A stretch of DNA of 35,696 bases from a virus (taxonomy: Duplodnaviria > Caudoviricetes): IMG/VR virus record IMGVR_UViG_3300005403_000111, positions 1 through 35,696 of that record; one strand, written 5' to 3'. Shown piece after piece: positions 26,307 to 35,162 of the stretch. The position numbers were made by a program, and so were the translations under genes. The notes beneath the pieces are model-generated. The model made no database searches. It saw only the letters and a list, made by a program, of their open reading frames with translations, and had not been told where the DNA came from. The stretch's first letter is position 1. The number at the start of each line of letters is the position of its first letter.

Positions 26307-26883
26307 TTAAAGCACCTTTGATTTTAAAAGTTCCGTTTTGGATGTCTCTTTTAAGCTGCTCCGCTTTTTCTAAGTCAATCACAAATGCTTTTGTGCCGTC
26401 AACCCTCTCTATAGGATATATTTCACTTATGATTTCTAGTTCACTCAGCTTTGTGAACCATCGTTTCGCCACCGCAAAACTCACCCCTGCATTTGTAGCT
26501 ATGGTATGTTTACTCATCTTTGGTTCATTCATATGTGCTAAGAGCTTTGCGAGAGGAGGCGTAGTCTCTATCTTTATCTCTTTGTTTAAGTTGTAGTCAA
26601 ACACTACACCGTTTATGATAGATGGACTCTTTGCCCCGGTGCTTTTGATAAGCGTAAACTGCGTTTGACTATAGGGTTTAGTTTTTTCAACCATCTCTAC
26701 ATACCCGACTCTTGTGAGATGCCAGATAATGGCTTTGAGATAGTTATGTGTCACACCTGTGATCATCATCACATCACCAAATCTAAAAGTGCGGTTGCGT
26801 CTCATGTAATCCCATACTTTTTTTAAAGCACTTGAATTTCTTTTGTATCTAAGTGGTGTATTTGTCTTATTTTTTGTCGCCAT
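26299..26883 (-). CDS. Tandem winged-helix DNA-binding protein
   Basis: KVWDYMRR.RTF...DV...GV and a second HTH TIATNAGVSFAVAKRWF; follows MuB. Confidence 0.65.
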   Translation of the reverse strand: MATKNKTNTPLRYKRNSSALKKVWDYMRRNRTFRFGDVMMITGVTHNYLKAIIWHLTRVGYVEMVEKTKPYSQTQFTLIKSTGAKSPSIINGVVFDYNLNKEIKIETTPPLAKLLAHMNEPKMSKHTIATNAGVSFAVAKRWFTKLSELEIISEIYPIERVDGTKAFVIDLEKAEQLKRDIQNGTFKIKGALNE

Positions 26884-27571
26884 ATTCCGCTCCGCTCATT
26901 TTAAAAGTTTTAAGGTCCACCTCTTCAATATCATTGAGTGAACAATATTTCTCAAGACGGATAAGAAGTACTTTTATCTGTCTTAGATTTGGAAACTTCT
27001 TTATGAAGTATTCAACGACATCTTGTTTTATGACAACATCGCTAAGCATGCAAAAACTCTCTATGTCCTCTTTATGTATAGGTTGGAACTCGACAAACTC
27101 GACAATGCGGCTATAAAAGTGCTTATGTTTTTTAAGTTTACGGTTGCTCTCTTCCATCCCCACAAAGAAGATAACTACACCTGTTTCATCGTGAAAATCT
27201 CTAAACATCTCAAGCACTTCAAACTTGCTTGAGCGAAGCAATGCGTCTATCTCATCGACTATGATTACTCTAGGCTCTGACACCAAAGATTCAATGGCTC
27301 GTTTGTACTTTATGGGTCCATTTCCGTTTGTATCTACTCCAAGCTCTTCACAAAGGTCGCTCAGAACGCTCGACTTCGTCCAAGTTTGTGCAGCTCTTAA
27401 AAGTATCGCATTTTCCATTGCGGCTATTTTTTCCAAAGAAAAGGTTTTGCCAAGTCCAAAATGCCCAAACCCTAAACCCATCTTTGGTGCGCTTCTCGGC
27501 AAGCTCTTTAAACTTTGCACCGCCTCGTATAATGTGCTATAATTCACAGTTGTAATAAACTCCTCTTTCAT
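26867..27571 (-). CDS. MuB-like transposition ATPase
   Basis: GHFGLGKT Walker A, IIVDEID Walker B, RDFHDETG and YSRI; follows the transposase. Confidence 0.9.
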   Translation of the reverse strand: MKEEFITTVNYSTLYEAVQSLKSLPRSAPKMGLGFGHFGLGKTFSLEKIAAMENAILLRAAQTWTKSSVLSDLCEELGVDTNGNGPIKYKRAIESLVSEPRVIIVDEIDALLRSSKFEVLEMFRDFHDETGVVIFFVGMEESNRKLKKHKHFYSRIVEFVEFQPIHKEDIESFCMLSDVVIKQDVVEYFIKKFPNLRQIKVLLIRLEKYCSLNDIEEVDLKTFKMSGAEYGDKK

Positions 27572-27652
27572 CTCTTATCCTTAGTTTTATTAGTCTTTTT
27601 TGCCAAAGACTTAAGCGATAAGTAAGAGGAACTCCTACTTATCTGTTAAACC

Positions 27653-29800
27653 TTATCCTGCTTTTCTTCTCGAAAAATCATCATATGCCATAGCCGCAAT
27701 CTCTGGATTTTCCTCTTCTATTTTCGTATCTTTAGCCGTTCTTTGCTCCGGATGTTCTAACACCCAAAGTATCCGCTCCCTAAAACTGTTAAACGGCGGT
27801 CTGCCGTTCGCAAGCACTTTAGGCGGCAAACCCTCCTCATCTCTTTGTGTAAAGTCATAGTGGTTTGACTCTTTAAGAGCCTTTTTGTCCATTTCCTCAA
27901 GCTCTTTACCCGTCCTTACGACTCTGTCTATCGCTTCGGTATGCTTAGTTACGGCAAAGGTTTTACTCTCCACGATGTCGCACGCAGCATCAATGCGATC
28001 TAAGATAGTCGCATCTTTGATACTCTCCGCCTCTTTGACTATCTTCTCCATCTGGCGCATCATAGATTGCGACTTTTTGCGTGCTTTTCGTGCGACATAG
28101 CGGCTCTCGCCCATATGCTCGACATCTTCGGCTATGCAGACGAGTTCCATCTTTTGGTTATAGACAATTATTTTTCCCATATCATCGGGAACCATGACCG
28201 ACACATAGTGACCGCTATACTCAACCAGCTCTTCGTGGATGTAGTTGCACCCGTCAAAACTGATACCTTTTTTGCCTACTTTGCGAATAAAGCTTTCGCC
28301 TAAAAGCAAGTCAAGCATTCGTATATCAGGCACGCTCTGCACCGTTGAAGCGTTTGCGTTCCAAACTTCTATAGGCTTCTTGCCTTTTAGTCCGCCATGC
28401 TCTCTTTGCTCATACATCCGTTCCACCCATCTGTCAATTACATCTTGCAGTTCATCCGGAGTAAGAAGCACGGTAAGCTTGAGACCGATATTCTCTTTTT
28501 TTATCTTCCAAGCATCACGCCACGCCTTTTTTTCTTCATCGCTTTTTGTCTTTTTTTCCTCAAGCCACTTTTGCTGAGAAGCTATCTTATGTGCAAAACT
28601 CTTTCTTGCTTGAAGTTCGCTCTTTTGCGCAACATTGTGACCTATGTATCCGGGGAGTTGCTCAAAGAGTTCTCTGCTTTGAGTTCCAAACATCCTCTCT
28701 ACATGCGGCTTGCATTCTCCGCTAAACGGCGGCACAACAACCATATTGATACCAAGGTTCAGACACACGCTCTCAAAGTGAGCTGAAGTGTAGTCCTTGC
28801 CGTTATCTATAACCACATTTTCAGGGATACCAAACTTGATGATGCCCTTTCGCAAAAGCTGGCTGATGGTATAACCGCTTGAACTCTCACACACATGAAA
28901 AACAGGTCGGCGAGAGTAAACATCGATGGCACAAAGGACAGCGTAGCGTTTGCCGTCACTGCACATAACATCCGCAGGCGTGCTATCAAGTTCCCAATAG
29001 TGGTTTTTGTACTTCGCCTTTTCGCTTTCACTGCCATAAGCACTAAGGTATTGGTTTTTTGCACCGTCTGGCGATTTGCTAAAGGCATACAAAACAGGGT
29101 TTAAAAGCTTCCACTCATGCCAATAGCTGTTAAGAACATCATAACTAGGCATCGCATCGCCGAATGTGTGACACATATTTCTATATATCTCACTGATAGT
29201 CGGTCGGCTTGTTTTCAAAAAGTACCGCTTTGCACTCTCTTTTTGGTCGGCACTTAGTGCTTTTACACCACTAAACGCTCCTCTTGTATCTATAAAAGCC
29301 TCTACGACATTGATACCTTTTGCTTTAGCGTCTCTGTACTTCTTGAGCCAATCATAAAGCTGCTTTAGCGATACGCTTCCAAGCTCATCAAACTCTAACG
29401 AGTTTTTCAAAGTCTGCTCTAACCACTTTTGAGTGTTTAAAAAGCTCTCTTTTTTTATGTAAAACTCAACGAGTTTGCACTTCAAAACCGCCGCTCTTTG
29501 TTTGTCAGGATGAGCCAAAAGATAAACTTTTGTAAAATTTGCTTTTAAAATGTGAGTGGGTTTGTTTTCTTTGTCACTCTGAACTTGATCCAGAATCTCA
29601 AAGCCTTTTTCTTTGAGTTTATCTTTGTATCGCTCAGGCAGATCTTCTATTTTGTAGTGCTTTACTTTTTTAGCAGAGCCTTCAACTTCTTTTAGTTCAT
29701 AATCAATGCTTTCTAAGGCTTTCGAGATGTTATTATGTTTAATATTCAAAAGCTTTTCAAGTGTTTTGATTGTGCATTCCGATTTCAGCCCCTCCATCAC
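27653..29800 (-). CDS. MuA-like DDE transposase
   Basis: WELDSTPAD, IDVYSRR, IDNGKDY and KPHVERMFGT (D-D-E triad); C-terminal RKVGKKGI...Y. Confidence 0.95.
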   Translation of the reverse strand: MMEGLKSECTIKTLEKLLNIKHNNISKALESIDYELKEVEGSAKKVKHYKIEDLPERYKDKLKEKGFEILDQVQSDKENKPTHILKANFTKVYLLAHPDKQRAAVLKCKLVEFYIKKESFLNTQKWLEQTLKNSLEFDELGSVSLKQLYDWLKKYRDAKAKGINVVEAFIDTRGAFSGVKALSADQKESAKRYFLKTSRPTISEIYRNMCHTFGDAMPSYDVLNSYWHEWKLLNPVLYAFSKSPDGAKNQYLSAYGSESEKAKYKNHYWELDSTPADVMCSDGKRYAVLCAIDVYSRRPVFHVCESSSGYTISQLLRKGIIKFGIPENVVIDNGKDYTSAHFESVCLNLGINMVVVPPFSGECKPHVERMFGTQSRELFEQLPGYIGHNVAQKSELQARKSFAHKIASQQKWLEEKKTKSDEEKKAWRDAWKIKKENIGLKLTVLLTPDELQDVIDRWVERMYEQREHGGLKGKKPIEVWNANASTVQSVPDIRMLDLLLGESFIRKVGKKGISFDGCNYIHEELVEYSGHYVSVMVPDDMGKIIVYNQKMELVCIAEDVEHMGESRYVARKARKKSQSMMRQMEKIVKEAESIKDATILDRIDAACDIVESKTFAVTKHTEAIDRVVRTGKELEEMDKKALKESNHYDFTQRDEEGLPPKVLANGRPPFNSFRERILWVLEHPEQRTAKDTKIEEENPEIAAMAYDDFSRRKAG

Positions 29801-30066
29801 GCACTCTTTTGGGCTTGTGCCTCTTTGTACTCATCCTCCCATGGAAAAAACTCCTCAGTCCAAATCCCGTCTCGCTTAAAACACTTAAATATCTTAAAGC
29901 TCCCCGCACCGCCTTTCTCAGCCGAAACCTTGCCATTAAGTATCTGACTAAGCAGACTGGCACTAAGCTCATTGCGAGTAGCATAAGCTTTAACCGCCCC
30001 ATAAGCCACCTCGTCAAACTTCACACGAAGCGGCGTGAGCTTCTTAACATTCCCTACTTTTTTCAC
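29797..30066 (-). CDS. Ner/Cro-like HTH protein
   Basis: VKAYATRNELSASLLSQILNG HTH. GTG 30066 follows AAGGAG (the ORF track starts at 30144). Directly upstream of MuA. Confidence 0.6.
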   Translation of the reverse strand: MKKVGNVKKLTPLRVKFDEVAYGAVKAYATRNELSASLLSQILNGKVSAEKGGAGSFKIFKCFKRDGIWTEEFFPWEDEYKEAQAQKSA

Positions 30067-30175
30067 TTCTTTTATCTCCTTTTTTTTATGGAAGTGGGGT
30101 TTCAACCCCGCCCTCTCTAGCTTACATGGATACCGCATATCCACATCAAAGCCCTACGAATAGAGCTTTATGTAG

Positions 30176-30355
30176 TTACTTTTTTTTCATATATACACTC
30201 AATAAAAATAAAAACAACATTCCAAACCACGACACGATGTCATATACATATACTTTATGCGGTATGTCTAAGTATTTTTCAATAAGCTTAAAGCTGATAT
30301 TTATAAAAAACCAAACTATCATCACAAAAACAAAACTCTCAAGTATTGTTTTCAC
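30176..30355 (-). CDS. Small two-TM membrane protein
   Basis: GTG 30355 after GGAGG; two hydrophobic stretches. Confidence 0.55.
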   Translation of the reverse strand: MKTILESFVFVMIVWFFINISFKLIEKYLDIPHKVYVYDIVSWFGMLFLFLLSVYMKKK

Positions 30356-30551
30356 TAGCCCCCTCCACCTCAAAACCGCAAATGTTGAACACATCAAAAT
30401 TACACTCCCAATCCGGACAGTCAAAATCATTCTCAACCTCTTTGCCGTTTACTTCACAAAAGATTTTTTCATCATCCGACTCATCCATAAATGACTTTTG
30501 GCACGATAGACAAGAAGCATCTACTTTTATTTTTACCGTCTCTTTTCTCAC
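30339..30551 (-). CDS. Small acidic Cys-rich protein
   Basis: CLSC...FC...CPDW; GTGA overlap with the upstream gene. Confidence 0.6.
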   Translation of the reverse strand: MRKETVKIKVDASCLSCQKSFMDESDDEKIFCEVNGKEVENDFDCPDWECNFDVFNICGFEVEGASENNT

Positions 30552-30769
30552 GCATACATCCTTAAACGCATAGGCTTTTCCATGCTCTTCATATTTACCC
30601 TCGCTTGTAGCACATGAAGTTCTTTAACCTGCTTTTGCAAAGCTGCATGCTGGTCACGGATGACAGAACGCAAAAGCATCAAGTCGCTCACATCCGCCTC
30701 CACCTTTTTCATCCCGTCCATATCTGCCATGTTGATGGCTTTGAGCAGTGTTTCAATCTCCGCTTTCAT
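30548..30769 (-). CDS. Hypothetical coiled-coil protein
   Basis: Likely start is ATG 30769, overlapping the upstream stop (ATGA). Confidence 0.6.
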   Translation of the reverse strand: MKAEIETLLKAINMADMDGMKKVEADVSDLMLLRSVIRDQHAALQKQVKELHVLQARVNMKSMEKPMRLRMYA

Positions 30770-30867
30770 CTCATCACCCTCACGATTTGAGCAAAACACC
30801 CGCTACTCACAGCAGGATTGATTCGCAAAACCTCTCGTATAAGGTTTTTATACTTTTTGTAGTTCAT
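30766..30867 (-). CDS. Small protein (33 aa)
   Basis: MNYKKYKNLIREVLRINPAVSSGCFAQIVRVMR; GGAGGT SD; ATGA coupling to the next gene. Confidence 0.55.
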   Translation of the reverse strand: MNYKKYKNLIREVLRINPAVSSGCFAQIVRVMR

Positions 30868-30962
30868 ATTTTTACCTCCGATATTGAGCGTTTTTCACTC
30901 TAATATGCCCTTGTGATATAATCATGTCGCAACACAAAATTCACACACAAGGACACATTACA

Positions 30963-31181
30963 ATGCAAGACGATTTTTTAAGAAATACTCTTCCGTTCCC
31001 GGAGATTAAAGACTATGGACGAATGCTAGAAAACATAGATGCAGGTGTCAAAAGCCTAGAGCCGATTCTTCGTGAAATGATTGAAGCGATGAAGGAACAA
31101 AATGCGGCTATTGAAACGATTTTTAAATCAAATCAAGAGCTGCATGAAAGACTAAAGTCTTTTGCTCCCGTAAATAATTAG
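30963..31181 (+). CDS. Counter-oriented moron gene 1 (72 aa, coiled coil)
   Basis: Own TGATATAAT promoter (30914-30922) and AAGGA SD before ATG 30963. Confidence 0.7.
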   Translation: MQDDFLRNTLPFPEIKDYGRMLENIDAGVKSLEPILREMIEAMKEQNAAIETIFKSNQELHERLKSFAPVNN

Positions 31182-31330
31182 TCTTTTAGAGGTGCCTCTT
31201 GTTTTGGCACTTCTACCTTTTGCCCTTCGTCTCCCAATGCTTGAAGCATTGCTCCATGAGCCAAAGCCATTTGTGTTCTGAGTTGTTTCAACTCTTCTAA
31301 TATCTTTTCAAACTTTTTATTATTGTTCAT
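31178..31330 (-). CDS. Small protein (50 aa)
   Basis: MNNNKKFEKILEELKQLRTQMALAHGAMLQALGDEGQKVEVPKQEAPLKD; starts 1 nt after the upstream stop. Confidence 0.5.
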   Translation of the reverse strand: MNNNKKFEKILEELKQLRTQMALAHGAMLQALGDEGQKVEVPKQEAPLKD

Positions 31331-31331
31331 C

Positions 31332-31466
31332 TCACACTTCCATATTTCCAAACATATATATAGCTATTCCGGCTACCGCCATATCTGTATACCCGACAAA
31401 CGCACTTCCTATAGCCACGCCTAAAACCACCATGTTTAAAGCTCTCTTCATCTTAGCTCTCTCCAC
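31332..31466 (-). CDS. Small hydrophobic membrane peptide (44 aa)
   Basis: GTG after AAGGAG; ...MVVLGVAIGSAFVGYTDMAVAGIAIYMFG... Confidence 0.5.
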   Translation of the reverse strand: MERAKMKRALNMVVLGVAIGSAFVGYTDMAVAGIAIYMFGNMEV

Positions 31467-31748
31467 AAGAACTCCTTTTTACTAAAATATTTACTAAAAG
31501 CTCTGCGAACAAAGCTCTAAAATAAATACTTGCCCCCTATATCACAGTCCTACTTTGGGGTGTACGGTTTGGCTAGACGACATGGCAGATGCCATTCGTT
31601 TGCGTGATTTCTAGCTGAGATTGCAATTGCCACTGCTGATGTTTACTCAAGTTCCAAAGCCTCACGGCTCGCCTCATACCCACGGTTAAGTCTCCAAGGT
31701 GCTATAATAGAGGTGCAAAAACAAAACAACACTCAAGGAGACTTAAGT

Positions 31749-32327
31749 ATGGATACATTTTTTGAAAGCTATTTTTACGAAGACGAGTTTATTAATGTAG
31801 AGGGTAGTATCTTTGAGATTCTGAAAAATAAACACCCCAATCTTCAAAAATGTTATGAGTATATAGCTCCGGAACTTGAAGCAATTAACAACTTAAGAGA
31901 TATGTTTATGAAAAACCACAAGCTCGTGATCTCTTTTCATCCCTACTATATGCTATATAAAAATATTCAAAATCCAAGTTTATCTATACGAAAATCTAAA
32001 GATAGATTTTTAAAAAGTAACTTATCTTTTTCAATTTCAAGCAAATCAAAAACTTTGCTTGTTGATTTTGAAGATGGAGAGTTTGTATATATACCAAAAA
32101 GCTTAAAGAACAAAATGATACAGATACAGCCGCTTGATGAGTTTAAATCTAGCACTGCATCATCCATCTTTCATACTAAAAAACCGACAAAAGGAGAATT
32201 AATCCCTTTGATAAATGAGCTAATTAAGCTCAACAATAAGCTTGATGTTTTTAACGAGAGGAAAATACCCTTTACTTTCTCAGAGCATTCATTGTGCTGG
32301 AGTAGAGTCTTCTTTCAAATGAAGTAG
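31749..32327 (+). CDS. Counter-oriented AT-rich moron gene 2 (192 aa), unknown function
   Basis: Own TGCTATAAT promoter (31700-31708) and AAGGAG SD before ATG 31749. Confidence 0.75.
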   Translation: MDTFFESYFYEDEFINVEGSIFEILKNKHPNLQKCYEYIAPELEAINNLRDMFMKNHKLVISFHPYYMLYKNIQNPSLSIRKSKDRFLKSNLSFSISSKSKTLLVDFEDGEFVYIPKSLKNKMIQIQPLDEFKSSTASSIFHTKKPTKGELIPLINELIKLNNKLDVFNERKIPFTFSEHSLCWSRVFFQMK

Positions 32328-32577
32328 ACTTTCTAGCCATTCTTTTTGCACATTTTTTTGAAGCTCCAAGTTTCATAAACATTTTCATATTCTCTATCTC
32401 TATTGCATATAATTTTTTGTTTTTTTCGAGCCAAATCAAGTCAAGATTAATCTCGACATTTTCCATAATATCTACTTTTATAGCTATTGATTTCTCATGC
32501 CCATCAAAGTCATACTTATCTATAATTAATCCTTTTACTTTAAGAGTAAACATCAACAATGGCAATTTAAAGAACAT
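32272..32577 (-). CDS. First gene of the early operon, hypothetical
   Basis: Just downstream of the early promoter; start uncertain; 3' overlap with moron 2. Confidence 0.45.
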   Translation of the reverse strand: MFFKLPLLMFTLKVKGLIIDKYDFDGHEKSIAIKVDIMENVEINLDLIWLEKNKKLYAIEIENMKMFMKLGASKKCAKRMARKSTSFERRLYSSTMNALRK

Positions 32578-32631
32578 AATTAATAAACCTCTTAACCGTT
32601 TTAGGCTATGGTTTTATTAATTGATTTGAGA

Positions 32632-32661
32632 AGTATAGTTAAAATTCTTAACCTTTGTCAA
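32632..32661 (-). promoter_or_regulatory. Early lytic promoter (Pe-like) with an operator in its spacer
   Basis: TTGACA (32661-32656), 18 bp, TATACT (32637-32632); the spacer holds GTTAA-N5-TTAAC (32638-32652). Confidence 0.75.
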
Positions 32662-32703
32662 GGACTTAGTGAATATTTTTAACTTTTTAAAGGGGAATCA
32701 TCA

Positions 32704-33411
32704 ATGGAAGAGTTAAAAGACAGAGTTAAATATCTAAGAATAGCCCTAAAAATAGGCTCTCAGGAAAAACTAGCAGAAATTTTAAATGTTAATGGTGCAA
32801 GAGTAAAAAGCATTGAAACGGGGCGTGTTAAAGACTTAACAGCCCAAGAAGCTAATATTTTAGTTAAAAATTTTAACCTAGATATTGATTGGCTCCTAAC
32901 AGGCAATGGCGAGATGTTCCTACATAAGCAAAAAGAAACTTTATCAAAGCCGCATGAGCAAAAAGAGCAAGTTGCTTCAAGTTTGGTAAATATTCCATAC
33001 TTTGAAGATACTTATGCAGCAGCTGGTGTGGGTGGGTACAGCTATGACGATAAACCTACCGTTATGGCATTTGACTCTACATTTCTCAAATCTACACTTG
33101 GTATATCTGAGTTTAAAAATCTCCATATCATCACAGCGGTCGGTGACTCCATGACACCAACTATCACATCAGGTGAGCTTTTGTTTATCAACCCTTTTGA
33201 GAATGAGAATAACACTATAAAAGATAAAGGCGTTTATGTACTAAGCACTCCAAATGGGCTGCTTGTAAAACGCATTAAAATATATCCTATAAAAAAGATG
33301 TGGACGCTTATAAGTGACAATCCAAAGGATGATGATATAGAACTTATGGAGGATGAGATTGATTCGTGTAGAGTAGTCGGTAGAGTAGTCGGTCATTTTG
33401 ATAGGATATAA
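32704..33411 (+). CDS. Prophage repressor, XRE HTH + S24 peptidase
   Basis: SQEKLAEILNV...IETGR and IDWLLTGNGEMF; AAAGVG, GDSMTP and VKRI; divergent from the early operon. Confidence 0.9.
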   Translation: MEELKDRVKYLRIALKIGSQEKLAEILNVNGARVKSIETGRVKDLTAQEANILVKNFNLDIDWLLTGNGEMFLHKQKETLSKPHEQKEQVASSLVNIPYFEDTYAAAGVGGYSYDDKPTVMAFDSTFLKSTLGISEFKNLHIITAVGDSMTPTITSGELLFINPFENENNTIKDKGVYVLSTPNGLLVKRIKIYPIKKMWTLISDNPKDDDIELMEDEIDSCRVVGRVVGHFDRI

Positions 33412-33413
33412 AT

Positions 33414-33719
33414 ATGGGTAAAGGTATAAATCTTGTAATAAAAATCGTAAAAGAAGTAGACAAGGCAAATAAGCGTGCAAAGAAAGAAGCAAGTAGAAAT
33501 CATCTTATGCAGCAAAAAGAACAAGCCAAACGCTTTAGAGAAGCAGAAAGAATGCAAAAACTTTATGTTCAAGAAGAAAAAGTACATGATAAACGCATGA
33601 AGCAAATAGCCAAAGAAGAACTAGAACGCTTAAAAAATAAAGAAAATAAAGTGTTTGAAAAAAGATGCAAAGAACGACGAGACGCTAAACAAAAAATCGT
33701 AAATTCAATATTAAGGTAG
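33414..33719 (+). CDS. Highly charged helical protein co-transcribed with the repressor
   Basis: K/E/R-rich; begins 2 nt after the repressor stop. Confidence 0.7.
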   Translation: MGKGINLVIKIVKEVDKANKRAKKEASRNHLMQQKEQAKRFREAERMQKLYVQEEKVHDKRMKQIAKEELERLKNKENKVFEKRCKERRDAKQKIVNSILR

Positions 33720-33725
33720 TGAGAT

Positions 33726-35123
33726 ATGGAAAATAGTTTTTTACTAATAAGTGGTTTGTTGATTTTGCCTTTAATAGTAGGCTACTTAGTGTACTACGCA
33801 ACATCGAAAAAATTCACTAAACAGGTCTCAGAGTATAAAAGTCTTGATAAAGCTTTAAAAGAGCATACCGTGCTTCTTGATGCTAAAAAGTCAGAAATCA
33901 ACGAAGCAACAGTATTGTTAGAACAATTAAAACAAGAGTCTAAAGATATTTTTGCACTGCGAGACAGAGCAGATGAGCTTACTAAAATCGTAACAGAAAG
34001 AACTAGTGAACTTGAAGCTATGCAAGAGGCTTATAATGAGCTACAACAACTAAAAAGTGAGCTTGATTTATACTCACGCATTGAAAAATTTGTTGATTAT
34101 GGGCTATTTGAAGAACCAGAGTATTTGTATGAGACATCGGAAAGATTTGCGATTGAGATTCAAAGAGTTCGAGAACAACAGAAAAAACTTATTAGTCAAA
34201 ATATTGCTATTGAACTTCCAGATGATGATATTAGTGTTGACGGAAGTTCCAAAAACGGTAAAGCAATATTAGATGGACAATCAAAACTTATGTTAAAAGC
34301 GTTCAATATCGAATGTGACTATTTAATTGGAAAACTAAATATTTCTAACTTTGACAGAACTATGGAACAAATAGAAAAAAGTGCCGAGAAGCTTGAAAAG
34401 TTATCAATGACTTTGCTTTGTGGTTTCAATATAGAGTATGTTAATTTAAAATTTGAAGAGTGTAAATTGCAGTATCAATTTAAGCTTAAGAAAAACGCTG
34501 AACTTGAAGAGCAGAAAGCCATTAAAGAGCAAATGAGGGAGGAAGAAAAAGCGAGAAGAGAGTTTGAAAAAGCTATCAGAGATGCAGAAAAAGAAGAAAG
34601 AATGTATGCAGACTTACTCGAAAAAGCTAAAGCACAGATAGAAACTGCTGCGGAAGATGATAGAGCTATTTTGGCTGCAAAAATAGAAATGCTTCAGCAG
34701 CAATTGCTTGAAGCTCAAGAGAAAGAAACTAGAGCTAAAAGTATGGCAGAACAAACCAAAAGAGGTCATGTCTATGTTATTAGTAATATAGGTTCTTTCG
34801 GTGATGATGTTTACAAAATAGGGCTTACTAGAAGATTAGAACCTATGGATAGAATAAAAGAACTTGGTGATGCAAGCGTACCTTTTCAATTTGATGTCCA
34901 TGCGATGATTTATAGCGAAGATGCACCAGCAATGGAAGCAACTTTACATAGAGAATTTGATAAATACCGAGTCAATGCAGTAAACAGAAGAAAAGAATTT
35001 TTCAGCGTATCATTAAGTGAAATTAAAATTACAGTCGAAAAACTACACGGTCAAGAAAAAGATTTCAAGATGACAGCTTTAGCTGAAGAGTATTATGAAA
35101 CATTGCGGTTGCTTGGAAGATGA
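33726..35123 (+). CDS. Membrane-anchored DUF4041 + T5orf172 (GIY-YIG-like) protein
   Basis: N-terminal TM and coiled coil; LMLKAFNIECD and EQMREEEKA (DUF4041); GHVYVISNIGSFG..VYKIGLTRR.EP.DRI.ELGDASVPF.FDVHA and RKEFF. Confidence 0.9.
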   Translation: MENSFLLISGLLILPLIVGYLVYYATSKKFTKQVSEYKSLDKALKEHTVLLDAKKSEINEATVLLEQLKQESKDIFALRDRADELTKIVTERTSELEAMQEAYNELQQLKSELDLYSRIEKFVDYGLFEEPEYLYETSERFAIEIQRVREQQKKLISQNIAIELPDDDISVDGSSKNGKAILDGQSKLMLKAFNIECDYLIGKLNISNFDRTMEQIEKSAEKLEKLSMTLLCGFNIEYVNLKFEECKLQYQFKLKKNAELEEQKAIKEQMREEEKARREFEKAIRDAEKEERMYADLLEKAKAQIETAAEDDRAILAAKIEMLQQQLLEAQEKETRAKSMAEQTKRGHVYVISNIGSFGDDVYKIGLTRRLEPMDRIKELGDASVPFQFDVHAMIYSEDAPAMEATLHREFDKYRVNAVNRRKEFFSVSLSEIKITVEKLHGQEKDFKMTALAEEYYETLRLLGR

Positions 35124-35162
35124 CTTGCCTTATGGTTGCTGTAAAATTAAATATTTTTTTTT

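Noticed and set aside
22984-30573. Plus-strand ORFs over the early region (e.g. 22984..23508, 25755..26147, 28397..28786, 30126..30494)
   Set aside because: They lie antisense to well-supported minus-strand genes and have no recognisable motifs.
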